A DNA stretch of 32,000 nucleotides, from positions 90,001-122,000 of the forward strand of contig CP064992.1 of assembly GCA_016699935.1 (NCBI GenBank), written 5' to 3'. Position 1 is the stretch's first letter. Each line of letters opens with the position of its first letter. Positions 18,885-28,528 of the stretch are shown piece by piece. The position numbers and the translations under genes were made by a program. The DNA is from Candidatus Saccharimonadota bacterium. Lineage in GTDB: Bacteria > Patescibacteriota > Saccharimonadia > Saccharimonadales > UBA4665. Below the pieces are notes generated by a model, which saw only the letters and a list, made by a program, of their open reading frames with translations, made no database searches and was not told where the DNA came from.

Positions 18885-20413
18885 GCCTTGACATCCTTTA
18901 CTACCCATTTTTGTTTCGTTCCTGGGCGAAAATACGTTGGGTCTTCGTAGTTCCATAAGTAGATAATTGGCATGGCATCGGGACCAATCATTTTATATGT
19001 CTCTCGATACTCTGAGCTTTCTTTCACTAAGCCTTCCTGGACAAACTGCAAAGTCTCTTCCCTCAATACATCACTCGGCTCAATGCCGTGCTTGAGCTCA
19101 ACATGGATAGAGAGCTCCTGACGCCCAGCATCGTTATAGTCAACTTGCATAGTAAATTTGCCTGTCAGCTTATGAATAAGGTCATCGTGCTGCAGGGCGC
19201 GTCGCACCATATCGGGGTACAGCTGAAAAGCATAGTAGCTAACACTAAAATCATTGCGCTCATATATGTAGACGTAGGGCAGGTTCCACTGTGTATCTGC
19301 AATACCCTGCTCGGCAGCCATCTGGGTTACATTGTAGCCCTTTTGGGCAAGCGTCTTGTGAGCTGTCTCGCGCGAGACTACGCCACCGTAGTCTTTGAGG
19401 TCATAGCGCACAAGTGGCAGCCCACTATCTGCCGTGCAGAATAAGCTGTTTTCAACTGCCTCAAAGTAAAACTGCTCGGGATTGTACTGAGCAAATGTTG
19501 GCTGGCGATCTTTCTCCGGGAATATCAACTCCAATTCATGTTGCGCAACAAGAGTCCGACGAATCATGATTGATTCTGGCGTTTCATGCGCCATCGTCCC
19601 CATATCGACCGTGCCGTAATGGTTGAGTGTCTGCGTGAGCACATCTCTCGCACCCGTCTTATGCAAGACGTAATCACGGAATTTCTCACTGAATGCTTCG
19701 GCTGAGAAGACAAATCCGACTTGTAGCTCCTTCCAATCAATACCCGCTCGTTCTCCGTCATCTAGGATATCTTTCAGGAACGGAGCATATGCGCCGATGA
19801 TAATTTGGTCAAAACTACCACCTAGCTGCTTCACGGCGTTTATAACTTCTTGTTTGTGTATACCAGGAGTAATGATGCTGAGATTGTAGCCACCTCTATC
19901 GGCAACAATCTTGAGAGCTTCATACGTAAAGAGGCCACCAATCCATGCCCCCATCGGAAACGCGACAATATAAAGTGTGGTTCGTTCGTGGATACGAAAA
20001 TTTGAGCGCATATACAGCTCAGCTGTCATAGCGTACTGGTTGTCTTGCAGATGTTTTCGAGGAAAATAATATGGCTGACCAGTTGAGCCTGAAGTAGTAG
20101 ATATAACCCACTGCCCATGCGCAAACTCACCATCCCAACACAGCATATCAACTGGATATTTCCGAAGGTAATTGTCTTTATCGATGGGTGGTATGCGATG
20201 AAAATCGTCACAACTTCTAACCTGGCTGGGCAAAAAGGCACGTGATTTCAGAAAATCTTTGTAGGCTGGAACCCTCTCGGCCATTGCGTGGAATTGTTTC
20301 AGAGCCCGTTCAGCCCCACGTTTTTGCCAGAGCTCTTCTGGGTCAGTTTGTAAACGCCAGTGCAGCCGCACTGCGTCTTCGTACTGTTTCATTTGTGTCT
20401 TTCGTGTGTTCAT
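18881..20413 (-). CDS. ANL-superfamily adenylate-forming enzyme, phenylacetate-CoA ligase / F390-synthetase-like
   Basis: AMP-binding P-loop STTSGSTGQPYYFPR. The overall layout (..VPAYKDFL..IPPIDKDNYLRKYP..) is typical of PaaK-like ligases. The start is uncertain: ATG 20413, ATG 20392 or GTG 20482. Confidence 0.75.
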   Translation of the reverse strand: MNTRKTQMKQYEDAVRLHWRLQTDPEELWQKRGAERALKQFHAMAERVPAYKDFLKSRAFLPSQVRSCDDFHRIPPIDKDNYLRKYPVDMLCWDGEFAHGQWVISTTSGSTGQPYYFPRKHLQDNQYAMTAELYMRSNFRIHERTTLYIVAFPMGAWIGGLFTYEALKIVADRGGYNLSIITPGIHKQEVINAVKQLGGSFDQIIIGAYAPFLKDILDDGERAGIDWKELQVGFVFSAEAFSEKFRDYVLHKTGARDVLTQTLNHYGTVDMGTMAHETPESIMIRRTLVAQHELELIFPEKDRQPTFAQYNPEQFYFEAVENSLFCTADSGLPLVRYDLKDYGGVVSRETAHKTLAQKGYNVTQMAAEQGIADTQWNLPYVYIYERNDFSVSYYAFQLYPDMVRRALQHDDLIHKLTGKFTMQVDYNDAGRQELSIHVELKHGIEPSDVLREETLQFVQEGLVKESSEYRETYKMIGPDAMPIIYLWNYEDPTYFRPGTKQKWVVKDVKA

Positions 20414-20542
20414 CTGTGAATAGGCGTATTGTAGCACGCAAGCACCAAGCCTCACTACGTTTGAAATACGAATTGACGTCACAATATTGTCATAGCTGCC
20501 TCAACCTGGTACAGTGTTACTTACTGTAAGAGAAAGCAAAAC

Positions 20543-21672
20543 ATGACATTCATCGCGCAACGCTTGAGCTATTTCGATAGCAGCGACTTTCGGGACGCTA
20601 TAAGTAAACAGAGCCTACTAACAGACCCCGTTGACCTCAGTATTGGTGTTCCAGAGGAATTAACACCCGAACACATCAAGGCGGCGGGGATCCGAGCTAT
20701 TACGGAAGACAAGACAACATATCTCCCAGCAAACGGGTTGCTTGAACTAAGGGAGGCGCTCGCCCACAAACTCCAAACCGAGAACAGCATTCCCTGCACG
20801 CCCGAAAGCGTCACGGTCGTTCCTGGACTGACTACTGGGCAGCTTCTAGTGTACCTGGCGGTTGTCGATCCGGAAGATGAAGTTATCGTCTTCGACCCCT
20901 ATTACCCACCCTATCCTCATCTCGCTAAGATGGTCGGTGCGAGCGTCACCTATGTTTCAACACTACCGACGTTTCAACCTGATCTGGCTGCTCTCGAGGC
21001 AAGCATAACCGATAAAACCAAATTGATTGTCATAAACAGTCCCAATAACCCGAGCGGTGCTGTCTATCCAGAGGAAACACTCCGGGCTATCGCTGCGCTC
21101 GCCGAAAAAAAAGCAACATACTAATCGTCTCGGATGAAATCTACGAATCATTCAGCTATGATACTCCTCATTTCAGCATCGGTAGCATCTACCCCAACAC
21201 CATCACTGTGAATGGCTTTTCGAAGGAGTACGCTATGACTGGCTGGCGCCTCGGCTATATCGCTGGACCACAAGAAATCATCGATGCTATCAATGAATTG
21301 CAGCAGTACGTTGTTATGTCAAGCTCCTCCATCGCCCAACATGCAGCATTGGCAGCGCTAAAACAAAAGCCGACGCATATCGTTGAAAAATATCGGATCA
21401 AACGCGATTACCTTGTTAATAGCCTAAAAGCTGCTGGTTACCATGTGATGGGCGCCGAGGGAGCATTTTATGTTTTCGTCAAAGCGCCACACAACCTGAC
21501 CGATGTCGAATTTGCAGAGCGAGCCAGCGCACGAGGGCTCATCGTCGTTCCTGGTAGGGCATTTTCACAGCTTCATGGTTACATACGTATTTCGTACGGC
21601 GCAAGTATGGACACACTACGACGAGGGGTTTCGATTCTCGAAGATATTGCCCAAGAGTTAAAAGATGCGTAA
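20543..21672 (+). CDS. class I/II pyridoxal-phosphate-dependent aminotransferase, one frameshift at an A8 run
   Basis: Motifs are INSPNNPSGAVY and NGFSKEYAMTGWRLGYIAGP (PLP-lysine motif). Track ORFs 20543-21124 and 21208-21672 join through ..LAEKK|NILIVSDEIYESFSYD.. at the A-run 21106-21113. Confidence 0.85.
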
Positions 21673-21707
21673 AAAGCATGCTTTGCTTCGCGTGGTAGAA
21701 TAAGCAT

Positions 21708-22073
21708 ATGAAGATTGCAATCGTAGAAGACGATCTGGCTATAAGCATGATGTATAGGATCAAGTTTGAGGCAGAGGGTTTCGCTGTCGAAACTGCAGCT
21801 AACGGTAAGCTAGGACTTGAGCTGATCGAATCCATGAAGCCAGATATAATCCTGCTGGACCTCATGATGCCCGTAATGACTGGTCACGAGATGCTGGCTG
21901 AATTACGCAAAACTAGCTGGGGCAAGGATATCAAAGTAATAATCCTGACTAATTCTGGCGAAGAACAGGCTCCGCCGAATCTAAAAGAACTGGACATCCG
22001 CCGTTACATCGTAAAAGCCGAAATGACTCCCCGCCAAGTTGCCGAAATGGTCAAAACCGAACTCGCCGCCTAA
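21708..22073 (+). CDS. stand-alone response-regulator receiver domain protein (CheY-like, 121 aa)
   Basis: MKIAIVEDD...PDIILLDLMMPVMTGHEML...VIILTN...YIVKAE carries the acidic pocket, the phospho-Asp (LLDLMMP), and the T and K signature positions. There is no output domain. Confidence 0.9.
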   Translation: MKIAIVEDDLAISMMYRIKFEAEGFAVETAANGKLGLELIESMKPDIILLDLMMPVMTGHEMLAELRKTSWGKDIKVIILTNSGEEQAPPNLKELDIRRYIVKAEMTPRQVAEMVKTELAA

Positions 22074-22085
22074 CCAAAATCGCGG

Positions 22086-22141
22086 CGTGAAAGCTCCGAC
22101 CTTTCACGTAATCAAAAAGCGTGAAAGGTCGGAGCTTTCAC
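22086..22141. repeat. REP doublet (inverted pair) flanking the RAYT gene, also a convergent terminator
   Basis: CGTGAAAGCTCCGACCTTTCACG (22086-22108) and its inverse CGTGAAAGGTCGGAGCTTTCAC (22120-22141). Each unit is itself a palindrome (GTGAAAG-7 nt-CTTTCAC). Confidence 0.85.
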
Positions 22142-22150
22142 AGAGAAGAC

Positions 22151-22759
22151 CTAGGGTGTATCTGGGTCGTCTGGGTTGTTCGCTAGTTGCCACTTTAACA
22201 GCGCTAATTCACGCATGGAATCTTGATATTCATCAACGAATTCCAGATATTCGCGTTTAGACCCAAATAAATCCAGAATTTTTCTGTGTGCAGCCAGCCC
22301 GGCGACGCTTGCAAACGTCGATAATACTGTATACTCGAATACGGCCATGCTAGATATTTCTCTGGGTTCAAGTGAATATAGCGTGAAATGTGGTGCAAAT
22401 AAGCGTCGGCATTGATTCGTGAAGCCTTGTATCGCCCCTGAAAAAAGACCACCAACCCGTGCATATCGATTATTGAAATACATAACGTAACCCGTTGTCA
22501 CTCTTCGCATCAGTTTTTCGACACCACGGTCACTTTCTTGGTACAGCAGTAAGTGAAAATGATTTGGCATAAGACAATACGCGAGCAGCTGGACTTCTGA
22601 ACCAATAACGGTAGCTTTGTGCCGGTTTGCTTTATTGTAATTCTCGCCAATCAAATACTTTTTGAGTAAGCCAAGAAAACCGTGTAATCCTGGGCGTCAA
22701 GGAATATTACACGTTTCTCCACGCCCCTGTTATACACATGGTAATACGTTTTTCGGCAT
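22151..22759 (-). pseudogene. REP-associated tyrosine transposase (RAYT, IS200/IS605 TnpA-like), multiply frameshifted
   Basis: Motifs lie across several frames: YYHVYNRGVEKRVIF, LLAYCLMPNHFHLLLYQ, GYVMYFNNRYARVGGLFQGRYKA and YLHHISRYIHLNPEK. At least four frame changes separate ATG 22759 from the stop at 22151. Confidence 0.8.
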
Positions 22760-22789
22760 ATTCTCGAACTGTGTTTCGACTTGCCATAG

Positions 22790-22876
22790 CGTGAAAGCTC
22801 CGACCTTTCACGTTTGAATATAGACTAAGATTGTCGTCACATGCAAGCATAAGCGTGAAAGGTCGGAGCTTTCACG
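22790..22876. repeat. REP doublet (inverted pair separated by 41 nt) on the other flank of the RAYT gene
   Basis: CGTGAAAGCTCCGACCTTTCACG (22790-22812) and CGTGAAAGGTCGGAGCTTTCACG (22854-22876). Both are followed by TTTG. Confidence 0.85.
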
Positions 22877-22902
22877 TTTGGAGGATGGGGTAGAATAGGG
22901 AG

Positions 22903-24224
22903 ATGGATATTGCGATTGTTGGATTTGCGACAGAGGAATTGTGAGTGCGAAATATTTCGCAGAGCATAAGCACAGGGTGACTGTATGTGACAAAAACACG
23001 AACCTAGTTATCCCTGAGAGCTATGAAAAGCAACTAGGTGATAAGTATTTGGCAAATTTGAACCAATTTGACGTGATTGTGCGAAGCGCTGGGATTCAAC
23101 CATCTGTTATTCTAGCCGAGAATCCGGGTGTAGAATCCAAGATTACGACGGCGGTTGATGAATTTCTGCGAGTTTGCCCGACAAATAATGTCATCGGCAT
23201 CACCGGCACCAAGGGCAAAGGCACAACTAGTACTTTGATAGCAAAGATGCTCCAAGCGTCTGGCAAAACAGTTTATTTGGGTGGAAACATTGGTCGCTCG
23301 CCACTCGAATTTGTGGACGATATCCAGCCAAATGACTGGGTAGTGTTGGAGCTAAGTAGTTTCCAGCTAATGGATATAAACCATTCACCGCACATTGGCG
23401 TCTGTCTAATGGTAGTACCGGAGCATTTAAACTGGCACGCTGATATGGCGGAATATATAAAGGCCAAAAGTCATCTTTTTGAATGGCAAAATAGCGATGA
23501 TGTCGCAATATTTTTCGCCGACAATGAGTTGTCAAAGGAAATTGCCCACAGTGGTGCAGCGCGTAAATTGCCCTTCTACGCCCCACCGGGTACATGGGTA
23601 AATGGCAATATGATAACCATCGACGGCCTAGAAATTTGCACGACAAACGACCTAAAACTGCTCGGAAAACACAACTGGCAAAACGTCTGCGCCGCCGTCA
23701 CAGCTGTCTGGCAAGCCCTTCAGCCAACTACCCCAGGTGAAATCGACAGAGTAAAAACCGCCATCCGAGACGTACTGACGACATTTACTGGTCTAGAGCA
23801 CCGGCTAGAATTTGTACGCGAACTCGACGGTGTGAAATATTACGACGATAGTTTCGGTACTACCCCAGAAACAGCCATTGTCGCTTTGCAGGCGTTTGAG
23901 AATCCCAAAATTGTCATCCTGGGTGGCTCAGACAAGGGCGCTTCGTACGACGAACTGGCACGCGTCGTGGTGGCAAGCTCCATGCGAAAAGCGCTCCTCG
24001 TCGGCGAACAAGCAGGAAGAATTCGGGCTGCGCTCGAGCAAGTTGGGTTTTCTGATTTCACGCCTGGCGGCAAAAGCATGTCAGAAATAATCACAAACGC
24101 CCGCCAGCATGCTCAACCTGGAGATGTTGTCCTGCTCTCAACTGGATGTGCTAGTTTCGGATTGTTTAAGGATTATAAAGATAGAGGCAACCAGTTTAAA
24201 CAAGTTGTGCAATCGCTCGTTTAA
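22903..24224 (+). CDS. murD: UDP-N-acetylmuramoyl-L-alanine--D-glutamate ligase, one frameshift near codon 12
   Basis: Mur-ligase P-loop GITGTKGKGTTSTLIAKML, HNWQNVCAA and GLEHRLEFV. The Rossmann N-terminus MDIAIVGFATE at ATG 22903 is in a different frame from ..SAKYFAEHKHRVTVCDKN (track ORF 22941-24224). Confidence 0.85.
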
Positions 24225-24846
24225 GCTCAGTGATGATGGCATTTTCTGGCTGTATCACCTCAGCTTTATCTCCGCTAATAACCTGAATTTCACTTTTTAT
24301 CCAATGGTAATGTGTGCACCCGAGCACGATCACATCTGCCCCAGCCTCTAGCACAGGTTCGATTTCTTCTCGCAAGCGAGCTTGGTTCATCGTATTGTGC
24401 TCTATAAGAACTGACCAGTCAGCACAGTCTGGCTCCAGCACTGTTACACCTTGAGCATAGAGCCGTTTTAGCTCGCCGTAGCGAGGACTCGTCAAGGTTG
24501 TTGGTGTCGCGCAAACGGCGATGACACCAGATTTTGTCAGTTCGGCAGCAGGCTTAACCATCGGCTCGACAGCGATGAGTGGAGTACTGAAATGCTCGCG
24601 CAGCCGTAGAATCAGCGTCGTCGTCACGGTGTTACAGGCAATCAGTACTACCTGGCAGCCGTCATCCACGAGAGACTGCACTACGGGTACTACGTAGCCA
24701 AAAAGTTCATCTGGTGTTTTTGTGGCATAGGGAAAATGTTCCGGTGAGTCATGGCGAAATACTACTTCGTGTTCGGGCAGCTCCCGCTCAATCGCTTTGG
24801 CGACACTGAGACCACCGACACCAGAGTCGAAGACACCTATTTTCAT
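24196..24846 (-). CDS. murI: glutamate racemase
   Basis: MKIGVFDSGVGGLSV.., IACNTVTT and VLGCTHY carry the two catalytic Cys motifs. The start at ATG 24846 lies inside the longer track ORF. The 3' end overlaps murD convergently by 29 nt. Confidence 0.9.
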   Translation of the reverse strand: MKIGVFDSGVGGLSVAKAIERELPEHEVVFRHDSPEHFPYATKTPDELFGYVVPVVQSLVDDGCQVVLIACNTVTTTLILRLREHFSTPLIAVEPMVKPAAELTKSGVIAVCATPTTLTSPRYGELKRLYAQGVTVLEPDCADWSVLIEHNTMNQARLREEIEPVLEAGADVIVLGCTHYHWIKSEIQVISGDKAEVIQPENAIITELKRAIAQLV

Positions 24847-24848
24847 AA

Positions 24849-25658
24849 TTATTTCGTGACACTTGCTTCGGCGGCGCGGATGGTGTTTTCGAAAAGGGCG
24901 CAAATGGTCAGCGGTCCCACACCGCCTTTGGTAGGAGTAATGGTCAAATCGTCACGTTCGTAGACATCCGGGTCAAGATCGCCAACGGTTTTACCCTTTT
25001 CACCTGCCACACCTGCATCGACGACAACGGCACCTTGTTTAATCATATCTGAGGTTATGAGTCCGGCTCGCCCAGTGGCTGTAATGATGACATCTGCTTC
25101 GAGCAAAAGCTCTTTTGTATTTGGTGTTTTGCTATGGATGAGTACAAAGTTGTAATCACTTTTGGTAAACATGTCTATGAGAGGTGCACCGACTAGTTTA
25201 CCGCGACCGACGAGGGCAATCCGCGACTTTTCGAGGTCGACATTATATCCAGCGAGAAGCCACAGTATGGCCATCGGTGTCGCTGGCGTATAAGGTGCAT
25301 ACTCGCCAAGACCATCGACATCTTTTTCTGGGGCTATCATATTGACGACCTCATCTGTCTCGCTAGCATCTGCTAGTGGTAATTGTACGATAATCCCATA
25401 CACACTCGGGTCGGCGTTCAAAGTTTCGAGAAGTTGCTTTACGTTTGCTTGCTCGACAAAATGCACATCAACCGCTGCACCGATATCCTCACCGTAGCGC
25501 TTTTTCATGCCCATATACGTTAGGCTAGGCCCGTGCTCTAGCGTATAGACTATTGCTAGCTTAGGCTGCACCCCCAGTGACTGCGTGAGTCGCCGCACTT
25601 CTTTGGCTTGGCGTTCTTTGATAAAGCCTGCTAGTTCTGATCCATTGAGTATTTTCAT
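24849..25658 (-). CDS. folD: bifunctional methylenetetrahydrofolate dehydrogenase/cyclohydrolase
   Basis: Motifs are GIIVQLPL, EKDVDGL, ALVGRGKLVGAPL, ADVIITATG and TPTKGGVGPLTICALFENT. The stop lies 2 nt before the murI start. Confidence 0.9.
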   Translation of the reverse strand: MKILNGSELAGFIKERQAKEVRRLTQSLGVQPKLAIVYTLEHGPSLTYMGMKKRYGEDIGAAVDVHFVEQANVKQLLETLNADPSVYGIIVQLPLADASETDEVVNMIAPEKDVDGLGEYAPYTPATPMAILWLLAGYNVDLEKSRIALVGRGKLVGAPLIDMFTKSDYNFVLIHSKTPNTKELLLEADVIITATGRAGLITSDMIKQGAVVVDAGVAGEKGKTVGDLDPDVYERDDLTITPTKGGVGPLTICALFENTIRAAEASVTK

Positions 25659-26171
25659 GCCCCCATTGTAGCAGAGCAGATATAGGAACTATTAATAAAA
25701 AGCTTCTCGGATGGTTGGTATTTATTGGATGGCAATCTTGAGGACTAGTACAGCTGAAATTGAGCTGTGTTATAGAATGAAACTGTGAAAGCGATCATTA
25801 AGAGCTACCACGATCCTGATGCTGATTTTGTAAACTTTACCCCAAAAAAATACAATTGGTCGTGCTTACTGAATCTCGCTGCAGGGCATGAAGATGGTTA
25901 GGATGGGGAGTAATTTGATATCATAGAGTACTCACCTCAGAAAGTAGCCGAAATGGCAGCACATGACGGCGTTGTTAACGAACGACACACTTTAAAAGCA
26001 TCTGATTTCAGAAAAATTTAAGCACTTTATCGAAAAATATGTAAACAGCTATGCAATAGGTGATCCATGGCAAGGTGTAGCCAATAATCTTTGTCGACTT
26101 GGCCATAGGGAATTTGAAGACGACTTAGAATCTGCGTAACCAAAAAACCCCAAAGTGGAGAGTTCTTGATT

Positions 26172-26248
26172 TGGAGGGCCAGGTGGGACTTGAACCCACG
26201 ACATTCTGCTTAAGAGGCAGACGCTCTAACCAGCTGAGCTACTGGCCC
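26172..26248 (-). tRNA. tRNA-Lys (anticodon CUU), CCA encoded
   Basis: The reverse strand reads GGGCCAG TA GCTC AGCTGGTTA GAGC G TCTGC CTCTTAA GCAGA ATGTC GTGGG TTCAAGT CCCAC CTGGCCC T CCA. It folds into a full cloverleaf of 77 nt. Confidence 0.9.
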
Positions 26249-26358
26249 ATAGGGGCGTATTCTTTGCTGCGATGGTAGGTATGTGGGTTGATACCAAAAC
26301 ACCCCTGTTTCTACAAGACCGAGATTATGATGGGACTCGTACATGGTAGACTATACAT

Positions 26359-27120
26359 ATGAAGAAAATTACACATGAGTCACTCAAGAAAATGAATCTC
26401 ATTGCCGGGTTTTTGCATCTAGCACAAGCGATAACAGTGCTCGTACTGAGTAAATCTTTTGCTATACCTGTTTCTGGTAATTATCTCGAGTTTGATAAAG
26501 CAACCGAATCGCTTCTGCCTGCTACGACGACACTTTTCAACGTCCAACTTCCTTGGCTTATTGCTGGCTTCTTTTTCCTGTCTGCCCTGTTTCATTTTCT
26601 AATTGCCTTCGTCTACAACAAAAAGTACAACGCAGATCTCACGCTCGGCATCAATAAGTTTCGGTGGGTAGAGTACGCTTTATCTGCCAGTGTCATGATG
26701 GTCGCCATAAGCATGCTTGTCGGCATTTATGATTTCAGCAGCCTACTCATGATCTTCGGCCTGACCGCCATCATGAATCTGCTGGGTCTTGTCATGGAAG
26801 TCCACAACCAGACCACCAAGAAAACTGACTGGCTCAGTTTCAACCTCGGCACCCTAGCCGGACTGTTCCCGTGGGTGGTCGTTGCTTTCTACATGTGGCT
26901 CGGTGCAGCCAATGGCAGTAGCGCCCCAACCTTTGTATATTGGATTTTTGTCTCAATCTTCGTGTTCTTCAGTTGTTTCGCCCTAAACATGGTGCTGCAG
27001 TACAAGCAGATCGGCAAATGGCGCGATTACATCTACGGCGAACGGGCCTATATAATCCTCAGTCTTGTGGCAAAATCTTTGCTCGCCTGGCAGGTCTTCG
27101 GCGGCACTCTCCGACCGTAA
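26359..27120 (+). CDS. heliorhodopsin (7-TM retinal protein, 253 aa)
   Basis: It matches heliorhodopsin 48C12 closely as I recall it: GFLHLAQ (His), SALFHFLIA (His), FRWVEYALSASVMM (Glu counterion) and GERAYIILSLVAKSLLAWQVFGGTL (Schiff-base Lys in SLVAKS). Seven hydrophobic spans are present. Confidence 0.9.
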   Translation: MKKITHESLKKMNLIAGFLHLAQAITVLVLSKSFAIPVSGNYLEFDKATESLLPATTTLFNVQLPWLIAGFFFLSALFHFLIAFVYNKKYNADLTLGINKFRWVEYALSASVMMVAISMLVGIYDFSSLLMIFGLTAIMNLLGLVMEVHNQTTKKTDWLSFNLGTLAGLFPWVVVAFYMWLGAANGSSAPTFVYWIFVSIFVFFSCFALNMVLQYKQIGKWRDYIYGERAYIILSLVAKSLLAWQVFGGTLRP

Positions 27121-27187
27121 TGATTGCATTCTGCATGCTTTCGCTATACTCTGGAAGAAAGAGGTTTAAGGGGAGGTTTAGCGTAGT

Positions 27188-28206
27188 ATGAATGGAACCA
27201 AGGTCACTATTAACCCACATGATTTATACATTGTTACCGGCACTGCGCACCCGAAATTAGCAGAAGAAGCAGTGGCCGCCATGGGCTTACGGCTCGGACC
27301 AGTCAATAGAAGGCGCTTTGCCAATAGTGAGCTATACGTACAGTACGAGCAATCCGTACGCGGCAAACATGTTATCATCATCAAACATTTGCGCATGATT
27401 ACAAACGAAACTTGTCTGTGAATGATGCTCTCATGGAAACCATGCTGCTTATAGACGCAGCCCGCCGCTCTTCCGCCCGTGAAATTACCGTCGTTATACC
27501 CTACCTCGGCTACAGCCGCCAGGACCGTAAGGCGAAAGGGCGTGAGCCTATCTCGGCAGCTGTGGTTACGCACATGCTCGAAAACAGCAGGAGCACACCG
27601 TTTGGTCACCATAGACATGCACTCTTCGCAGGTACAGGGGACATTCCATGGGCCGTTCGATCATCTTATTGCCGAGCGGCTCATTTTAGATGGCCTAAAA
27701 GCCGAGATGGGCGACCGAGACCCAGAACTCTTTGCGATTGTTTCGCCGGATACTGGGCGAGCAAAAGATGCTGAGCGAGCAGCTGATATCCTCGGTGTGC
27801 GTCTGCGGCACCTTCAAAAAACGCGCGACCCACGCGACAGCAGCAAACTTATCCGCCCCAAAAACTACAGGGCGTCGAAGGCCGTATATGCTTCATGACA
27901 GATGACATGATAGACACCGCCGGTACACTTATAACGGCCGCCGAGACGCTTCGCAAATCTGGAGCAACAGCTGTTATTGCCAGCGCTACACACGCCCTAT
28001 TGTCCGACCCGGCAATAGAACGACTAGAGGGAGGCGCTATAGATAAACTAATCGTAACAGATACGGTACCGGTGGATTATGCGAAAAAAGTGCTTGGCGA
28101 CAAGCTTACCATCATACCTGTTGCGCCTTTGATCGCAACAGCTCTCCATGAAATCGCCACTGGTGGTTCAGTATCTGACCTCTTTGAAGGCCGAAACTAC
28201 TCGTAG
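27188..28206 (+). CDS. prs: ribose-phosphate pyrophosphokinase, three frameshifts
   Basis: Motifs are spread over alternating frames: [69 protein letters not shown] and [13 protein letters not shown]. The shifts are near 27385, at 27573-27576 (A4) and near 27865 (C4/A5). Confidence 0.85.
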
Positions 28207-28237
28207 CCAGAGCCGGTTTGCGTACGTCGAGTACACT

Positions 28238-28474
28238 TTAGTTATTGCCTATGGTTTTCGTAAGCAGGTGGCGAGCGGCTGCAGAATGGACACATTCTGC
28301 CGGTGAGAGATGGATGCTCAGGGTTGGGCCAACCGTAATTACGTCTACCGTACACTGTAGCGGCTGAATTTGCTGGGATAATGCTACCTGTTGTGCCGCA
28401 ACGGGTGCCGTGGAAGCAACCACGTATACCGCCACGTAAATAACCGCACATAGCCGCCCCACCAAATGTCTCAT
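28238..28474 (-). CDS. hypothetical small secreted protein (78 aa)
   Basis: It has a signal-peptide-like N-terminus (MRHLVGRLCAVIYVAVYVVASTAPVAA). I see no SD sequence and recognise no family. Confidence 0.3.
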   Translation of the reverse strand: MRHLVGRLCAVIYVAVYVVASTAPVAAQQVALSQQIQPLQCTVDVITVGPTLSIHLSPAECVHSAAARHLLTKTIGNN

Positions 28475-28528
28475 AGCTTACACTGTAAGCTATTTTAGCC
28501 GTTGGTCAAGCTTTGTTTTTTGCAGAGA

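Noticed and set aside
25777-26139. Possible decayed gene between folD and tRNA-Lys. The fragments are VKAIIKSYHDPDADFVNFTPKKYNWSCLLNLAAGHEDG, YSPQKVAEMAAHDGVVNERHTLKASDF and FIEKYVNSYAIGDPWQGVANNLCRLGHREFEDDLESA, in three frames.
   Set aside because: The fragments look protein-like, but I recognise no family. At least three frame corrections are needed and no RBS is evident. That is not enough to call a feature.
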